Shown here piece after piece: positions 32,069 to 42,661 of a stretch of DNA of 64,000 nt (positions within the stretch are counted from its first letter, which is position 1; each line of letters opens with the position of its first letter). A model generated the notes under the pieces. The model was given only the letters and a program-made list of their open reading frames with translations, was not told where the DNA came from and ran no database searches. Origin of the DNA: Cyanobacteria bacterium P01_D01_bin.156. GTDB lineage: Bacteria > Cyanobacteriota > Cyanobacteriia > Phormidesmidales > Phormidesmidaceae. The stretch spans positions 1-64,000 of the forward strand of contig JBCCQQ010000027.1 in NCBI GenBank assembly GCA_039024555.1, in the 5' to 3' direction. Position numbers and translations under genes: made by a program.

Positions 32069-32491
32069 ATGTTAAAGCAAGATCAATTAATAGTTCAAAG
32101 TAGGCTAGAAGACCTATCTCAAGTACAGCAGTGGTTTGACCAGTTTTGCACTGCGTCTCAATTGCCATGGCTTGAATCCGTATTTGACAAAGTTAATTTA
32201 GCTTTGGCAGAAGGGTTCACCAATGCAGTTAGGCATGCACATGCTCATTTACCCAACGACACTCCCATTGAGATAGACTTGCTGCTTTGGCAGGAAAAAC
32301 TAGAGGTTCAGGTTTGGGATATGGGTAACCCGTTTGATCCTGACAAGTTAGTCGAACCACAACCGGGCACCCTCAAAGAAGGTGGGTATGGTTGGTTTTT
32401 GATACGTCGATTGGCCGATAACGTTGACTATGAGCGAAATGATTTAGGTCGAAATTGTCTGCGCATTGTCAAATATCCTATCCAACCTTGA
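32069..32491 (+). CDS. RsbW-type anti-sigma regulatory factor (HATPase_c)
   Basis: LALAEGFTNAVRHA N-box, WDMGNPFD and EGGYGWFLI. Confidence 0.87.
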   Translation: MLKQDQLIVQSRLEDLSQVQQWFDQFCTASQLPWLESVFDKVNLALAEGFTNAVRHAHAHLPNDTPIEIDLLLWQEKLEVQVWDMGNPFDPDKLVEPQPGTLKEGGYGWFLIRRLADNVDYERNDLGRNCLRIVKYPIQP

Positions 32492-32549
32492 GGGTTTGTT
32501 GATGCCTTCAACGCGTGGGGGTCTTAAAATTTCCTAGGAACCAGGTACT

Positions 32550-33734
32550 TTGCAGATGCCATTAACCCACAGTTTATGGAGACAGGACTCATTTATTTTT
32601 ATTGAAGTCTTTGGCTGTGAGGGGGGCATCCAGTCCTACATCAAGGATGTTTTACTGGCGTATAGTAGGCTGCAACATTCCAGGAAAGCTCATATTTTTT
32701 TGCTTCGCGACAGCTTAGCTGATATTCCGGCTGAGTTTTTGTCACGCTTTCACGTCCATTGCTTCAAATCCGGCAATCCAATGGTGGATAGGATTCGCCT
32801 AACTTTTGCCTTAGGATGGCATTTATTGGTTAACCGCCCTCGTCATTTATATTGCGGTCATATTAATCTGGCGTCTATGGTGCATCAGCTTACCCGTCTA
32901 CCAAGGGTACCTTACACCGTTCTGACGTATGGAAAAGAGGTGTGGTTTCCTCTAAAACCCAGTGAAGGAAAGGCTTTACAGTCAGCCGAGCGAGTTTGGA
33001 GCATCAGTCGTTACAGTGCAAAGCTTGTCTGCGAGGCGAATCAGTTAGCCCATCATAAAATTGATTTCTTACCTTGCATCGTTGATGGTGACAAGTTTAC
33101 CCCTGCGATCGCAAACCCCGCATTACAGCAACACTATGGCTTAACCGGGGCTCAAGTACTTATGACCGTTGCCCGCCTCTGGAAAGGAGATCCTTATAAA
33201 GGAGTAGATGTGACCATACGAGCTCTGCCTGAGATCTCCAAAACCTTTCCTAACGTGAAATATCTAGTCATTGGACGCGGAGACGATCAGCCCCGATTAG
33301 CACAGCTCGCTAAAGATTTAGGAGTTGTCGATCAAGTAGTCTTTGCCGGCTTTGTCCCCAATGAACAGCTCGTCGAACACTATCGACTGGCAGATGTATA
33401 CGTGATGCCGTCCCAGGAAGGTTTTGGCATTGTCTATCTAGAAGCCATGGCATGCGGTATCCCTGTCATTTCTGGAGATAACGATGGTTCAGCGGACCCT
33501 CTACAGGATGGGCGTCTAGGTTGGCATGTTCCCCACCGCAATCCAGAGGCTGTCGCAACTGCTTGTATTGAAGTATTGAGAGGAGAGGATCGTCGCTGTG
33601 ATAGCCATTGGTTAAGGGAACAGACCTTGGCCAAATTTAGTAAATCAGCCCTATCTCTTCAGCTTCTGAAACTTTTGGGCAATGCCACCATGGCTCCAAA
33701 CCCAACCGAACATTACACAAAGCAGACAAATTAA
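32550..33734 (+). CDS. Glycosyltransferase family 4
   Basis: GGIQSY, TVARL...YKGVD and EGFGIVYLEAMACGIPVI. Confidence 0.92.
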   Translation: MQMPLTHSLWRQDSFIFIEVFGCEGGIQSYIKDVLLAYSRLQHSRKAHIFLLRDSLADIPAEFLSRFHVHCFKSGNPMVDRIRLTFALGWHLLVNRPRHLYCGHINLASMVHQLTRLPRVPYTVLTYGKEVWFPLKPSEGKALQSAERVWSISRYSAKLVCEANQLAHHKIDFLPCIVDGDKFTPAIANPALQQHYGLTGAQVLMTVARLWKGDPYKGVDVTIRALPEISKTFPNVKYLVIGRGDDQPRLAQLAKDLGVVDQVVFAGFVPNEQLVEHYRLADVYVMPSQEGFGIVYLEAMACGIPVISGDNDGSADPLQDGRLGWHVPHRNPEAVATACIEVLRGEDRRCDSHWLREQTLAKFSKSALSLQLLKLLGNATMAPNPTEHYTKQTN

Positions 33735-33809
33735 GCTAAAACACTCGCCCATAGAATTCACACTTAGAATGTATAAATCTAGCGAATCTACGGTACAAGA
33801 AACGAGATT

Positions 33810-34238
33810 ATGGCGAATAGCGGCTTTAGACAGTTACAGCTGAATTTCTCAGGTATGGGGTGTTGGTTAACCCTGGGAATTGGACTTATGCTCATGACAA
33901 CCGTGGGCATTGGCTGGCTATTGAAGTCCCTGTTTGCCCTTTTACTACTGTTAGTATTAATTCCGGTTGTACTAGTGGTTGGCGTACAGATTTGGCTAAG
34001 ACGAAATCTTGTTCAGGGCGATTGTCCATCTTGTGGTCAGGCATTGACTGGTTTTAACACCATGCCCCTATCCTGTCCCAGTTGTGGCGTGAGTCTTCAA
34101 ACCATCAACGGTAGCTTTGTAAGGGCGACTCCAGAAGGCACAATTGATGTAGATGTCATCAACGTAGATGCAGTCAACTCAGATAGTGATAGCAAAACCA
34201 CCATTGTGGATGTAGATGTGCTTCCCCCCGCTGAGTAA
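33810..34238 (+). CDS. Hypothetical membrane protein with a CxxC-x12-CxxC zinc-ribbon-like motif
   Basis: Hydrophobic N-terminal half, CPSC...CPSC, and an acidic tail with repeated IDVD/VDVD. Confidence 0.75.
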   Translation: MANSGFRQLQLNFSGMGCWLTLGIGLMLMTTVGIGWLLKSLFALLLLLVLIPVVLVVGVQIWLRRNLVQGDCPSCGQALTGFNTMPLSCPSCGVSLQTINGSFVRATPEGTIDVDVINVDAVNSDSDSKTTIVDVDVLPPAE

Positions 34239-34273
34239 TTCCCCCTATCAACAATTTTCTGGGTCGTTTATGA

Positions 34274-34317
34274 CACAACGCCCTGCGACAAGTCTCTACC
34301 TATCGCAGGGCGTTGTG
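34274..34317. terminator. Hairpin with 15-bp arms between convergent genes
   Basis: CACAACGCCCTGCGA-N14-TCGCAGGGCGTTGTG. Confidence 0.7.
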
Positions 34318-34336
34318 CATTTGACAATGGCGTAGA

Positions 34337-34738
34337 CTAACGAAGGTTCAGGGAAAAATCAGCCCCAGCTCCATCAATATCGCCCACGTAGAGTTCATAG
34401 TTACCGGGCTTATAAAGACCACGAGATTGAATAATCCCCCCATCAAAGTCATGGGCAAGAATACATTCTCGTGAATTATCAGGACCAAGCATTAGCAGGG
34501 TATGGTCCCCAGAGCCAGAAACTTCAATGGACACCGATGTTGCCGAGGGTCCAATGGAAAAAGAATAATCTGGTTTATCTGGAATAAAACCACAGTCTGC
34601 AGATGTTTGCGAGCCACCACTAGTGCCGGTAACTGGTCTGGTAGTTTGCTGACCATAGGCGGCCGTAGGTGCAGCTATGGCTAGCACCATGAGAAGAGAA
34701 GTAAGGTTTTTTGTGGCAATATTTTTCATCGATAGCAC
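34337..34738 (-). CDS. Small secreted beta-rich hypothetical protein (PPC-like domain)
   Basis: Signal peptide, CGFI..PD and PGNYELYVG; two Cys; GGAGG RBS before a GTG start. Confidence 0.7.
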   Translation of the reverse strand: MLSMKNIATKNLTSLLMVLAIAAPTAAYGQQTTRPVTGTSGGSQTSADCGFIPDKPDYSFSIGPSATSVSIEVSGSGDHTLLMLGPDNSRECILAHDFDGGIIQSRGLYKPGNYELYVGDIDGAGADFSLNLR

Positions 34739-34999
34739 CTCCGCAACTTATTGGGGTAGCCTTACGAGGACACGCAGTCTTTGTCTGAACACCATTCCTG
34801 TGGAATGTATATGTAAATACTAAAGATTGGTATGAAAAACAGATTTAGCTATGTGCCAGTTTCCCAAGCTTGAATAAATTGGAATTCTTGTATAGCTTTT
34901 AATATCTGATTTATCAGTTTTATAGGGTAGTGCCAATTATTTAGTTTTTATAAGGTTAGGTCGCAACCGTAATATCCAGCAAAAGATCAAGGTGGCTAC

Positions 35000-37273
35000 G
35001 TGGCTCAGCAGCAAATCATGGATGTTCGTAATTCAATGGTACTTGTCCCTAAGGCAAAACCAGTTGCTTTAGCCTGTAAACGCCTAATTGCCTGGAGTCT
35101 AGAGGTAGGACTGGTCTTGGTGAGCGCTGGAATCCCGTGGGGGTTAGGCCATTACCTGCTGACAGCCGACCAAAAAGCGATATTTACGCCAGAAACCGTA
35201 GCCATAGATCCTAATACCAATGAGGCAACTAGAGAGAACAGTCTGGTTCGCTTAAATCCGGTCCTAGAGACAACCCAACAAATATGGGCAAGCATCGCCC
35301 AAATCCCTCCCCATCAGCTATATCGCTGGGTCCCCCGATGGACAGACACACTTTGGACAGTGGCTTTCGTTTTACCGTTCGGGGTAGCAGGAATACAGGT
35401 AATTCAGCTAATTCAGTGCGGGCGTACTTGGCCAAAACGATGGCTAAAGATTCAGGTATTTTCACTGGTGGGTGGCCAATTGACGCTACGACAGATAGCT
35501 GCTCGTGAGTTATTGCGTTGGGGACTACCTCTGGGTTTAGTGGGGGGTGTCGCGTTGCTAACAGGGGCTTCCTTTGGGCTATGGACACCCGCTGTAATTG
35601 GCTTACTAGCCATGCTTGAAGGCTGTAGTGCGATCGCACCAGACAATCGAGCCTGGCACGATCGCATTGCCGGTACTCGCGTTGCCCTGACACCAGATAG
35701 AGAGGCTGCACTGTTAACCCAAGTCTCTCACCCAAACCTTGACAACGTAAGCGTTACTGCACTAGGCGAGGTTATTGCGCCCAATCAGCTGCAGTTATAC
35801 GGTGAAAACGTAGACGATGATGACTGGTGGTTAACTGAAGCAGACGGTAACCTGACCTCTTTAGTACTCGCACCACGCAAAGGGCTGATTGAGACTCTTC
35901 CCCCCAGTCAGCTTGTTCTAGCGAAATCATTAGTCCCTGGTCGCTGGATTTGGTGGTTATTAACCACAGGGCTAGTCATCGCGGGGGGCATAGGATTTTT
36001 TGCGGGTCGAGCAACGCGGCTATCGGCTAGTCCCCAGAGCAGTGACGATATTTTTCTAGAGACTGTTCAAGACTTAATAGACAATAATCAGCGAGATAAT
36101 GAAGCGGCCATTTTAATGATGGCTCAAGTGAACGATCCTAGAACGGTTTACTATCTGGCTGATTTACTAACTCAGACCACTCACCCTGAAAACCTGATCA
36201 CACTGCAACAAGCTCTGATCAGTAAAGGATTGGAGAGCATACCATCCCTACTAGCATTGAGTCATGGCTTTGAGATTGATCTACAACAACCTCTCGATGA
36301 AGCCACTCGCCAAACACGTCTAGCTCAGCGTCACATAGTTCAGGGCGCAATCTCTAAACTCTTGGCCATCCATAGTAATCAGTTAGACGGCACGAACTTA
36401 AATCGTATTAATTTGAGTCTTTATCAAGATAATGAGCGCACCTTTCGCCTCATTCAGCCTGGATTACTAGCTGCAGGCACCAGTTGGCAAAGCGCTAATT
36501 TGTACCAGGCCAATCTAGCTCAAGCTAGTTTCTTTGATGTAGGGCCTGACGGGAAGTCTAACTCCTATGATGATGTCATCAGCGACTTGAGTGGAGTCAA
36601 TCTCACCGCTGCCAGCTTAGAAGACATCAACTTGCAGGGAGCTCAATTGGTTAACGCGACTCTGAAACAGGCCAATCTGACAAATGCTAATCTGACCTAC
36701 AGCAATTTAGAAGATACACAATTGAGCAAGGCTCGTCTGATGCATGCCAACGCGACGAAAAGTCGTTGGCAGGGTAGCAACTTGGTAGGGGCAGATCTAA
36801 CTCAAGCTATTTTTGATCAAGCCAAGATGCCGCAAGCCCGATTAAACCGGGTCAATGCCTCCCACAGCCGTTGGATCAGCGCGGATTTATCCGAGTCTCA
36901 TTGGGTGGGTGCTAACTTAATGGGTGCAGACTTTAGTCAGGCCACTTTAGCCTATGCCAATTTTCAAGGGGCAGATCTAGATGGCGTCAATTTCAGTCAA
37001 GCTGATTTGAGGCAGGCAAACTTACGAGAGGCCGATCTCCAGCATATTAATTTGACTGGAGCAAAGCTTACAGACGTCGATTTTGCAGGCGCTATTTTTG
37101 AAGATAGCAGTAGCCTTACTGGCAGTTTTATTACTCCCAATGCTCAACTAGGTCCTAAACATCTCAAGGGAGTAAACTTTAGCCGTGCTCGCAATTTGGA
37201 TGAACGCCAAATCACCTATATTTGTGCCCAGGGAGGAGTTCATCCTGCTTGTATCTCAGAGCAGAGTGATTAA
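35000..37273 (+). CDS. RDD-domain membrane protein with C-terminal pentapeptide repeats (HglK-like architecture)
   Basis: KRLIAW..E, G.TWPKRWLKIQV and RAWHDRIAGTRV (RDD); a long run of A(D/N)Lxx repeats. Confidence 0.88.
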   Translation: MAQQQIMDVRNSMVLVPKAKPVALACKRLIAWSLEVGLVLVSAGIPWGLGHYLLTADQKAIFTPETVAIDPNTNEATRENSLVRLNPVLETTQQIWASIAQIPPHQLYRWVPRWTDTLWTVAFVLPFGVAGIQVIQLIQCGRTWPKRWLKIQVFSLVGGQLTLRQIAARELLRWGLPLGLVGGVALLTGASFGLWTPAVIGLLAMLEGCSAIAPDNRAWHDRIAGTRVALTPDREAALLTQVSHPNLDNVSVTALGEVIAPNQLQLYGENVDDDDWWLTEADGNLTSLVLAPRKGLIETLPPSQLVLAKSLVPGRWIWWLLTTGLVIAGGIGFFAGRATRLSASPQSSDDIFLETVQDLIDNNQRDNEAAILMMAQVNDPRTVYYLADLLTQTTHPENLITLQQALISKGLESIPSLLALSHGFEIDLQQPLDEATRQTRLAQRHIVQGAISKLLAIHSNQLDGTNLNRINLSLYQDNERTFRLIQPGLLAAGTSWQSANLYQANLAQASFFDVGPDGKSNSYDDVISDLSGVNLTAASLEDINLQGAQLVNATLKQANLTNANLTYSNLEDTQLSKARLMHANATKSRWQGSNLVGADLTQAIFDQAKMPQARLNRVNASHSRWISADLSESHWVGANLMGADFSQATLAYANFQGADLDGVNFSQADLRQANLREADLQHINLTGAKLTDVDFAGAIFEDSSSLTGSFITPNAQLGPKHLKGVNFSRARNLDERQITYICAQGGVHPACISEQSD

Positions 37274-37286
37274 CGCTAGTAGACCT

Positions 37287-37619
37287 ATGCAACGAACTCG
37301 GTTAAGTGTGTTATTTGAACAAGCGGGTCAGCGGTTTAGTCAGTGGGCATTTAATCCGTGGCGTCGCCTTTCTTTAGCCATCATCTGTTTACTCTTTGGA
37401 AATTTTTTCGCCACGGCAATTTCGGCAACAGCAGGGCAAACAGCAGGTATTGATATTTTGCTCTCTGCGATTCTTTTAATTTTGGTCGAGCTCGTGAGCT
37501 GGCTATACCACCGCTCCCGATTTAATAACCAACGTACCGTGTTACCGGAATTGCTCAATTCCTTTAAACTTGGCATGGTATATGGCTTGTTTGTGGAAGC
37601 TTTTAAGCTAGGGAGTTAG
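37287..37619 (+). CDS. ycf20: Ycf20/DUF565 family membrane protein
   Basis: MQRTRL...NPWRRLSL...LNSFKLGMVYGLFVEAFKLGS; ATG at 37287 chosen as start. Confidence 0.9.
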   Translation: MQRTRLSVLFEQAGQRFSQWAFNPWRRLSLAIICLLFGNFFATAISATAGQTAGIDILLSAILLILVELVSWLYHRSRFNNQRTVLPELLNSFKLGMVYGLFVEAFKLGS

Positions 37620-38316
37620 GGCTAGCCTGAATGCGCTTTACCAACTGGAAGGCAGACTTTTCAATGGTTTTCCAGTCTTGATGAAGTACCTGATCCGATT
37701 TGAATAAGCTACTGGAAATACCAACAGCCGTCGCTCCAGCGTTTAATAAACTGACAGCATTTTTGCTGGTGACGCCGCCTGTGGGAATCAAAGGGATATG
37801 GGCGATAGGGCCTTGCAAACATTGAATGTAGTTAGCGCCCCCAAGAACTTTGATGGGAAAAACTTTCACACTGCTCGCTCCTCCATGCCAGGCTGTGACA
37901 ATTTCGGTGGGAGTCATGGCTCCGGCAATCATGGGAATGTGCACCGACCGACCATGGTGAAGCAAGGCTAGGGATGTGTGGGGACTAAAGCAAAACTGTG
38001 CTCCTGTTGCGATCGCAACTCGTAAGTCCTCTTCAGTCAAAATCGTACCCACTCCAACCATGCAGTCAGGAAGGGCTTTTTGCACAGCTTGTAACAATGC
38101 CACTGGCTGATAGCTATTCCAAGTGATTTCTAAGAGCTGAATTCCACCAGCGGCGGCAGCCAACGCCATATTTAGCCCACTATCTACCGTCTCGGCTCGA
38201 ATCACACCAATGACTCGGTGAGTTCGCAACGCTTGGAGCCATCGCTGCTGATACTCCATAGGATGCCTTAAATTTTGGGGACGTTGATGAACAGTGGACA
38301 GAACTGTCATAAACAA
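37603..38316 (-). CDS. eda: KDPG/KHG aldolase family protein
   Basis: IGVIR, LEITW, VGVGTIL, GAMTPTE, Schiff-base VKVFP and IPTGGV. The real start is probably somewhat internal. Confidence 0.9.
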   Translation of the reverse strand: MFMTVLSTVHQRPQNLRHPMEYQQRWLQALRTHRVIGVIRAETVDSGLNMALAAAAGGIQLLEITWNSYQPVALLQAVQKALPDCMVGVGTILTEEDLRVAIATGAQFCFSPHTSLALLHHGRSVHIPMIAGAMTPTEIVTAWHGGASSVKVFPIKVLGGANYIQCLQGPIAHIPLIPTGGVTSKNAVSLLNAGATAVGISSSLFKSDQVLHQDWKTIEKSAFQLVKRIQASPNSLA

Positions 38317-38557
38317 TAAATTGAACCGTAAGGCAAAAAGATCTTGCTGCTCCTTGGCAGAATTTTATCTGTAGGATGCGTACGTACGTTTTACGAAACG
38401 ATTCATCCTCTTACTAGCAACGGCATTATTGTGCGTGAAGCCACCCACTTTGCCACACCTCTTAGGCTTTTAGACCAATTTGTAATACAGAAATTATTGA
38501 TTTGGTAAGAGCTGCTAACGATTCACCAACCCATGTAACAAAGCCAAAGACAAACAA

Positions 38558-38583
38558 AAGCCGTAGGTTATTACCTACGGCTT
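38558..38583 (-). terminator. ftsH terminator
   Basis: AAGCCGTAGGT-tatt-ACCTACGGCTT with a T-rich tail on the minus strand. Confidence 0.8.
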
Positions 38584-38621
38584 CAGAATTTACGCTGGAA
38601 TTCGCTTATACCGAAAGCGTG

Positions 38622-40466
38622 CTAAACAATACCCGCCATGCTGACATTATTATCAATTAGCAGTCGCTGTAGCTCATCAGAATCCACAGTCTCTTTATCA
38701 ACTAGCATGTCAGCAAGCTGATCCAGAACATTCCGATTTTCTACAAGCACCTGCTTGGCACGGCTGTAAGCAACATCCACCAAGTCGCGAACTTCAGAAT
38801 CAATGACAGAGGCTGTCTCTTCAGAAAAATCGCGCTCAGTAGCAATATCTCGGCCCAAAAAGGGATTGCCCTGCTGGCGTCCTAAAGCGACGGGACCGAG
38901 CCTATCGCTCATACCGTATCGAGTCACCATCTGACGAGCCGTTTGCGCCACTTGCTGCAAGTCATTAGACGCTCCTGTAGTGACCTCTTCATCACCGAAG
39001 ACAATCTCTTCAGCCAAACGTCCACCAAGGGCCACTGCCATCCGGTTCTTTAGATAAGAGCGGGAATACAAACCAGACTCCAAACGCTCTTCACTTGGTG
39101 TAAACCAGGTTAAACCACCTGCTTGGCCGCGAGGAATGATGCTAATCTTTTGCACCGGGTCGTAGTCAGGCATTAAAGCGCCTACTAGAGCATGTCCGGC
39201 TTCATGGTAAGCCACCAAAGACTTACGCTTTTCGCTCATCACTCGATCCTTCTTCTCAGGACCTGCCAAGACACGATCAATCGCATCGTTGACCTCATCC
39301 ATTGAGATTTCAGTCAGGTTACGACGAGCAGCCAAAATAGCAGCTTCGTTGAGCAGATTGGATAAATCTGCACCAGTAAAGCCAGGAGTACGGCGAGCAA
39401 TCTTTTCAAGATCGACATCCTTACTAAAGGTCTTACCGCGAGAGTGAACCTTGAGAATTTCCAAACGACCAGAATAGTCAGGGCGGTCCACTACAACCTG
39501 TCGGTCAAAACGGCCAGGACGTAGAAGTGCAGCATCCAGAACGTCAGGACGGTTAGTTGCCGCAATAATGATGATCCCAGTGTTGCCCTCGAAACCATCC
39601 ATCTCAGTTAGTAGCTGGTTGAGGGTCTGCTCCCGCTCATCGTTGCCACCTCCCAAACCAGCACCGCGCTGACGACCTACGGCGTCAATCTCATCGATAA
39701 AGACGATGCAAGGAGCATTGGTCTTAGCCTGTTCAAATAAGTCGCGAACACGGGAAGCACCCACACCCACAAACATTTCGACAAATTCAGAACCGGAGAT
39801 GGAGAAGAATGGGACACCAGCTTCACCAGCTACAGCTTTAGCCAACAAAGTCTTACCAGTACCTGGAGGACCCACTAGCAAAACGCCCTTTGGAATCTTT
39901 GCACCAACAGCAGTAAAGCGGTCGGCGTTCTTCAGGAAGTCAACAACTTCCGTTAGCTCCAGCTTTGCCTGGTCAATACCAGCAACATCACCAAAGGTAA
40001 CCTGGGTCTGTGGCTCCATCTGGACCCGCGCCTTAGACTTACCAAAGTTCATGGCTTGGCTACCAGGACCATTCTGCGCACGTCTAAGCACAAAGAATAG
40101 AACCACCAACAGCAGAATAGGAATGAGCAGCGTACTCAGTAGCTGCAGCAAGCGATTTTCCTCAGCCTGTCGCTGAACTTCGATGTCAACCGAATTTTCA
40201 GTCAGAATATCGACTAGACCAGGATCGCTGGGCAGGTTAACCACAATCCGACGCTCTTCACCGGACGGATCAGGGAACCGCGCCTGGGTACGGTCAGCAC
40301 TAATGTAAACCTTCTCAATAGAGCCATCTTCAACAGAATTGATGAAGCGACTGTAGCGCCATGCCTCGGTTTCAATACGAGGCTGTTCAAAAAATGCGGT
40401 AGCTAATGCAATGACAACGACTACAAGTAGTACGTAGAGTCCTGCGTTTCTCCAGCGCTTATTCAC
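38622..40466 (-). CDS. ftsH3: ATP-dependent zinc metalloprotease FtsH, FtsH3 type
   Basis: [10 protein letters not shown]-terminus, [26 protein letters not shown] and HEAGH; GTG start with a GGAGG RBS. Confidence 0.93.
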   Translation of the reverse strand: MNKRWRNAGLYVLLVVVVIALATAFFEQPRIETEAWRYSRFINSVEDGSIEKVYISADRTQARFPDPSGEERRIVVNLPSDPGLVDILTENSVDIEVQRQAEENRLLQLLSTLLIPILLLVVLFFVLRRAQNGPGSQAMNFGKSKARVQMEPQTQVTFGDVAGIDQAKLELTEVVDFLKNADRFTAVGAKIPKGVLLVGPPGTGKTLLAKAVAGEAGVPFFSISGSEFVEMFVGVGASRVRDLFEQAKTNAPCIVFIDEIDAVGRQRGAGLGGGNDEREQTLNQLLTEMDGFEGNTGIIIIAATNRPDVLDAALLRPGRFDRQVVVDRPDYSGRLEILKVHSRGKTFSKDVDLEKIARRTPGFTGADLSNLLNEAAILAARRNLTEISMDEVNDAIDRVLAGPEKKDRVMSEKRKSLVAYHEAGHALVGALMPDYDPVQKISIIPRGQAGGLTWFTPSEERLESGLYSRSYLKNRMAVALGGRLAEEIVFGDEEVTTGASNDLQQVAQTARQMVTRYGMSDRLGPVALGRQQGNPFLGRDIATERDFSEETASVIDSEVRDLVDVAYSRAKQVLVENRNVLDQLADMLVDKETVDSDELQRLLIDNNVSMAGIV

Positions 40467-40577
40467 AGGGAGTAAGCCTCCTAAAATTTGTATTTTCAGC
40501 CATTCCAGCGAGCGTGCCGAGCTGATAGTTGTTAACTTATGTTAACGCATTTCAGGATTCTGCATAACTTACATCGA

Positions 40578-41393
40578 TCAGTCGTTTTGCTCGCCGCTTG
40601 AAGGACCGTAAAACGTATGCCTGAGGGCACTTAAACCTTCGTGGGTAGACCTATAGTTTAGTTTAATATTCCCAAACAAAACTGTGTGCACTGGCATTAT
40701 TTCCACAACGCAGTTGCTGTAGGCAAGGGATTCAAACTGCTTTACTAAGCTCAAGGTCCAATTTTGCTCATAAACGAACTGGTGGCCTAAACGCTTGAGA
40801 AGCTGGGTGCGACAAATTCCAGGTAATATACCAGCGCTGAGCGGTGGTGTAGCCCATCGTCCATCTTGATATCCCCAAAGGTTACCTGTGCTAGTTTCTA
40901 GCCAATCGCCTGTGGAATTAATCAATACAGCATCGCGCGCACCATGACGTTTGGCAGCCTGCATGGCTAGCCAACAGGGCAGATAATTACCGGTTTTGTG
41001 AGCTGGCATAGTCCGTCGGTATTGCTCACCTTTAGCAATCCACAAAGTCACGCCCTCCTGCTGTTGCTGGCCCAGATTTTCAGGAAGTGGACGCCCGGTA
41101 ATGAGTTCGTTGCCATCAGCCAAAATCATAACGCGTAAGACTGGATAGCTCTGAAGCAAGCTTTGACAGCCCCGAATAACGTTTGGCCAGTTGGGTTGTG
41201 GCCAGTGAAATGTATTGAGAGAATTGGCGATGCGATCGCGATGTAGCTGCCAGGCCGTCAGCGGATGCTCCAGATTTTTCTCATAAACCCGCATCGTCGT
41301 AAACACACTGGCACCATAGGCCAAAGCCGGGTCGCTGGGATTAATCGTTATTTGATTTTGGTCATGTAGGCGGCCCGCAAACCAGTACGTCAT
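40578..41393 (-). CDS. Class IV PLP aminotransferase / 4-amino-4-deoxychorismate lyase-like
   Basis: YGASVFTT, H..R, HKTGNY, ETSTGNL and GILPGICR; ATG at 41393. Confidence 0.85.
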   Translation of the reverse strand: MTYWFAGRLHDQNQITINPSDPALAYGASVFTTMRVYEKNLEHPLTAWQLHRDRIANSLNTFHWPQPNWPNVIRGCQSLLQSYPVLRVMILADGNELITGRPLPENLGQQQQEGVTLWIAKGEQYRRTMPAHKTGNYLPCWLAMQAAKRHGARDAVLINSTGDWLETSTGNLWGYQDGRWATPPLSAGILPGICRTQLLKRLGHQFVYEQNWTLSLVKQFESLAYSNCVVEIMPVHTVLFGNIKLNYRSTHEGLSALRHTFYGPSSGEQND

Positions 41394-41400
41394 GCCCGGA

Positions 41401-42495
41401 TTAACCAATACCTTCAATCATCGGATGGAAGAAAAAGGCCAGACCGATAATGGTATAGGTGGCCAGCAGCAGTGTTCCTTCTAACCAGTTAGAACTGCCA
41501 TCGCTGCTAATGGAATTAGCAATCAGAATCGAAACCGCAACGGCAATTAACTGAAAATTATTAAAGTCCAGATCCATGGGTTTACCCATGAGCCAGCCAA
41601 CAATTACCAGCACTGGCGCAACAAATAGAGCAATCTGCATACTGGAGCCAACGGCCACAGACAACGACAAATCCATCTTATTTTTTAAGGCAACGGTTAC
41701 GGCTGTGGCGTGTTCAGCGGCGTTGCCAATAATAGGTAGCAGAATGACCCCTGTAAAGAGTTCCGACAACCCTAACTGGGATGTGGCTACTTCCAAAGAA
41801 CCTACCAACCACTCAGACTCAACTGCCACCACCAGGGTGGCGGCCAGTAACACCCCAACCCATAGGGTTAAATTTGGCGTTTCATGGTGCTCCGCTTCAG
41901 CTCCTTCTTCTTCTGCTGTACCCACGTCATATAAATAGGAGTGAGTTTTCATCGAAAACAGCAACGTCAGGCCGTAGACCAAAATTAGGACAATAGCTAC
42001 CGCTACTGATAGCCGCTGCAGTGTGGGCTCAGTAATGGAGGGCGAGGTAAAGTCCACCGCTGTGGGTAACAAAATAGCGATTACCGCCAGGTTCATGGAC
42101 GATGCATTGACTCGGGCAATCACTGGCTGAAAGTCTTGCTCTTTAAATTTAATTCCCCCCAGCAGCATAGAAAGCCCCATCACCAGCAACAGGTTACCGA
42201 TGATAGACCCCGTAATACTGGACTTAACCACATTGATCAGCCCCTCATTCAAGGCAATCAAGGCAATGATTAATTCTGTAGCGTTCCCAAAAGTGGCATT
42301 GAGCAGCCCTCCCAACGACGGCCCTAGCACCACTGCAATTTCCTCAGTGGCGTGGCCCATCCATCCTGCTAACGGAATAATGGCGATGGCAGCCGTTATA
42401 AAAACAGCCAATTCCCCCCACTCTAAAAAATGAGCAGCCGCAGAGATGGGGACAAACGTGAGCAACCCAAAGAAAATTAGGTTCTTAATGGACAT
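41401..42495 (-). CDS. cax: Calcium/proton exchanger
   Basis: Alpha-repeat signatures GGLLNATFGNATE and IGNAAEH. Confidence 0.94.
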   Translation of the reverse strand: MSIKNLIFFGLLTFVPISAAAHFLEWGELAVFITAAIAIIPLAGWMGHATEEIAVVLGPSLGGLLNATFGNATELIIALIALNEGLINVVKSSITGSIIGNLLLVMGLSMLLGGIKFKEQDFQPVIARVNASSMNLAVIAILLPTAVDFTSPSITEPTLQRLSVAVAIVLILVYGLTLLFSMKTHSYLYDVGTAEEEGAEAEHHETPNLTLWVGVLLAATLVVAVESEWLVGSLEVATSQLGLSELFTGVILLPIIGNAAEHATAVTVALKNKMDLSLSVAVGSSMQIALFVAPVLVIVGWLMGKPMDLDFNNFQLIAVAVSILIANSISSDGSSNWLEGTLLLATYTIIGLAFFFHPMIEGIG

Positions 42496-42661
42496 AGGGG
42501 CTTCAAGTCATCGTTGAGCATCCCCAGGTTACCCAAATCAGGCCAGTTTGAGGGAATAATTTCAATGATTCTTGGAATGAACTTTACAAGTTATACACAG
42601 AAGCTGAAGCCCCGCAGAAAAGCATCTTAGATTATTACTGTTCAGGTCTCGGTAAACGACG

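Noticed and set aside
36480..37200. Periodic sequence as a possible CRISPR or nucleotide repeat array
   Set aside because: The periodicity is at protein level (pentapeptide repeats); there are no identical repeats with spacers.
38371..38453. GTAG-type REP-like hairpin and an IS605-end-like GAAGCCACCCACTTT
   Set aside because: Single degenerate copies with no transposase and no second end.
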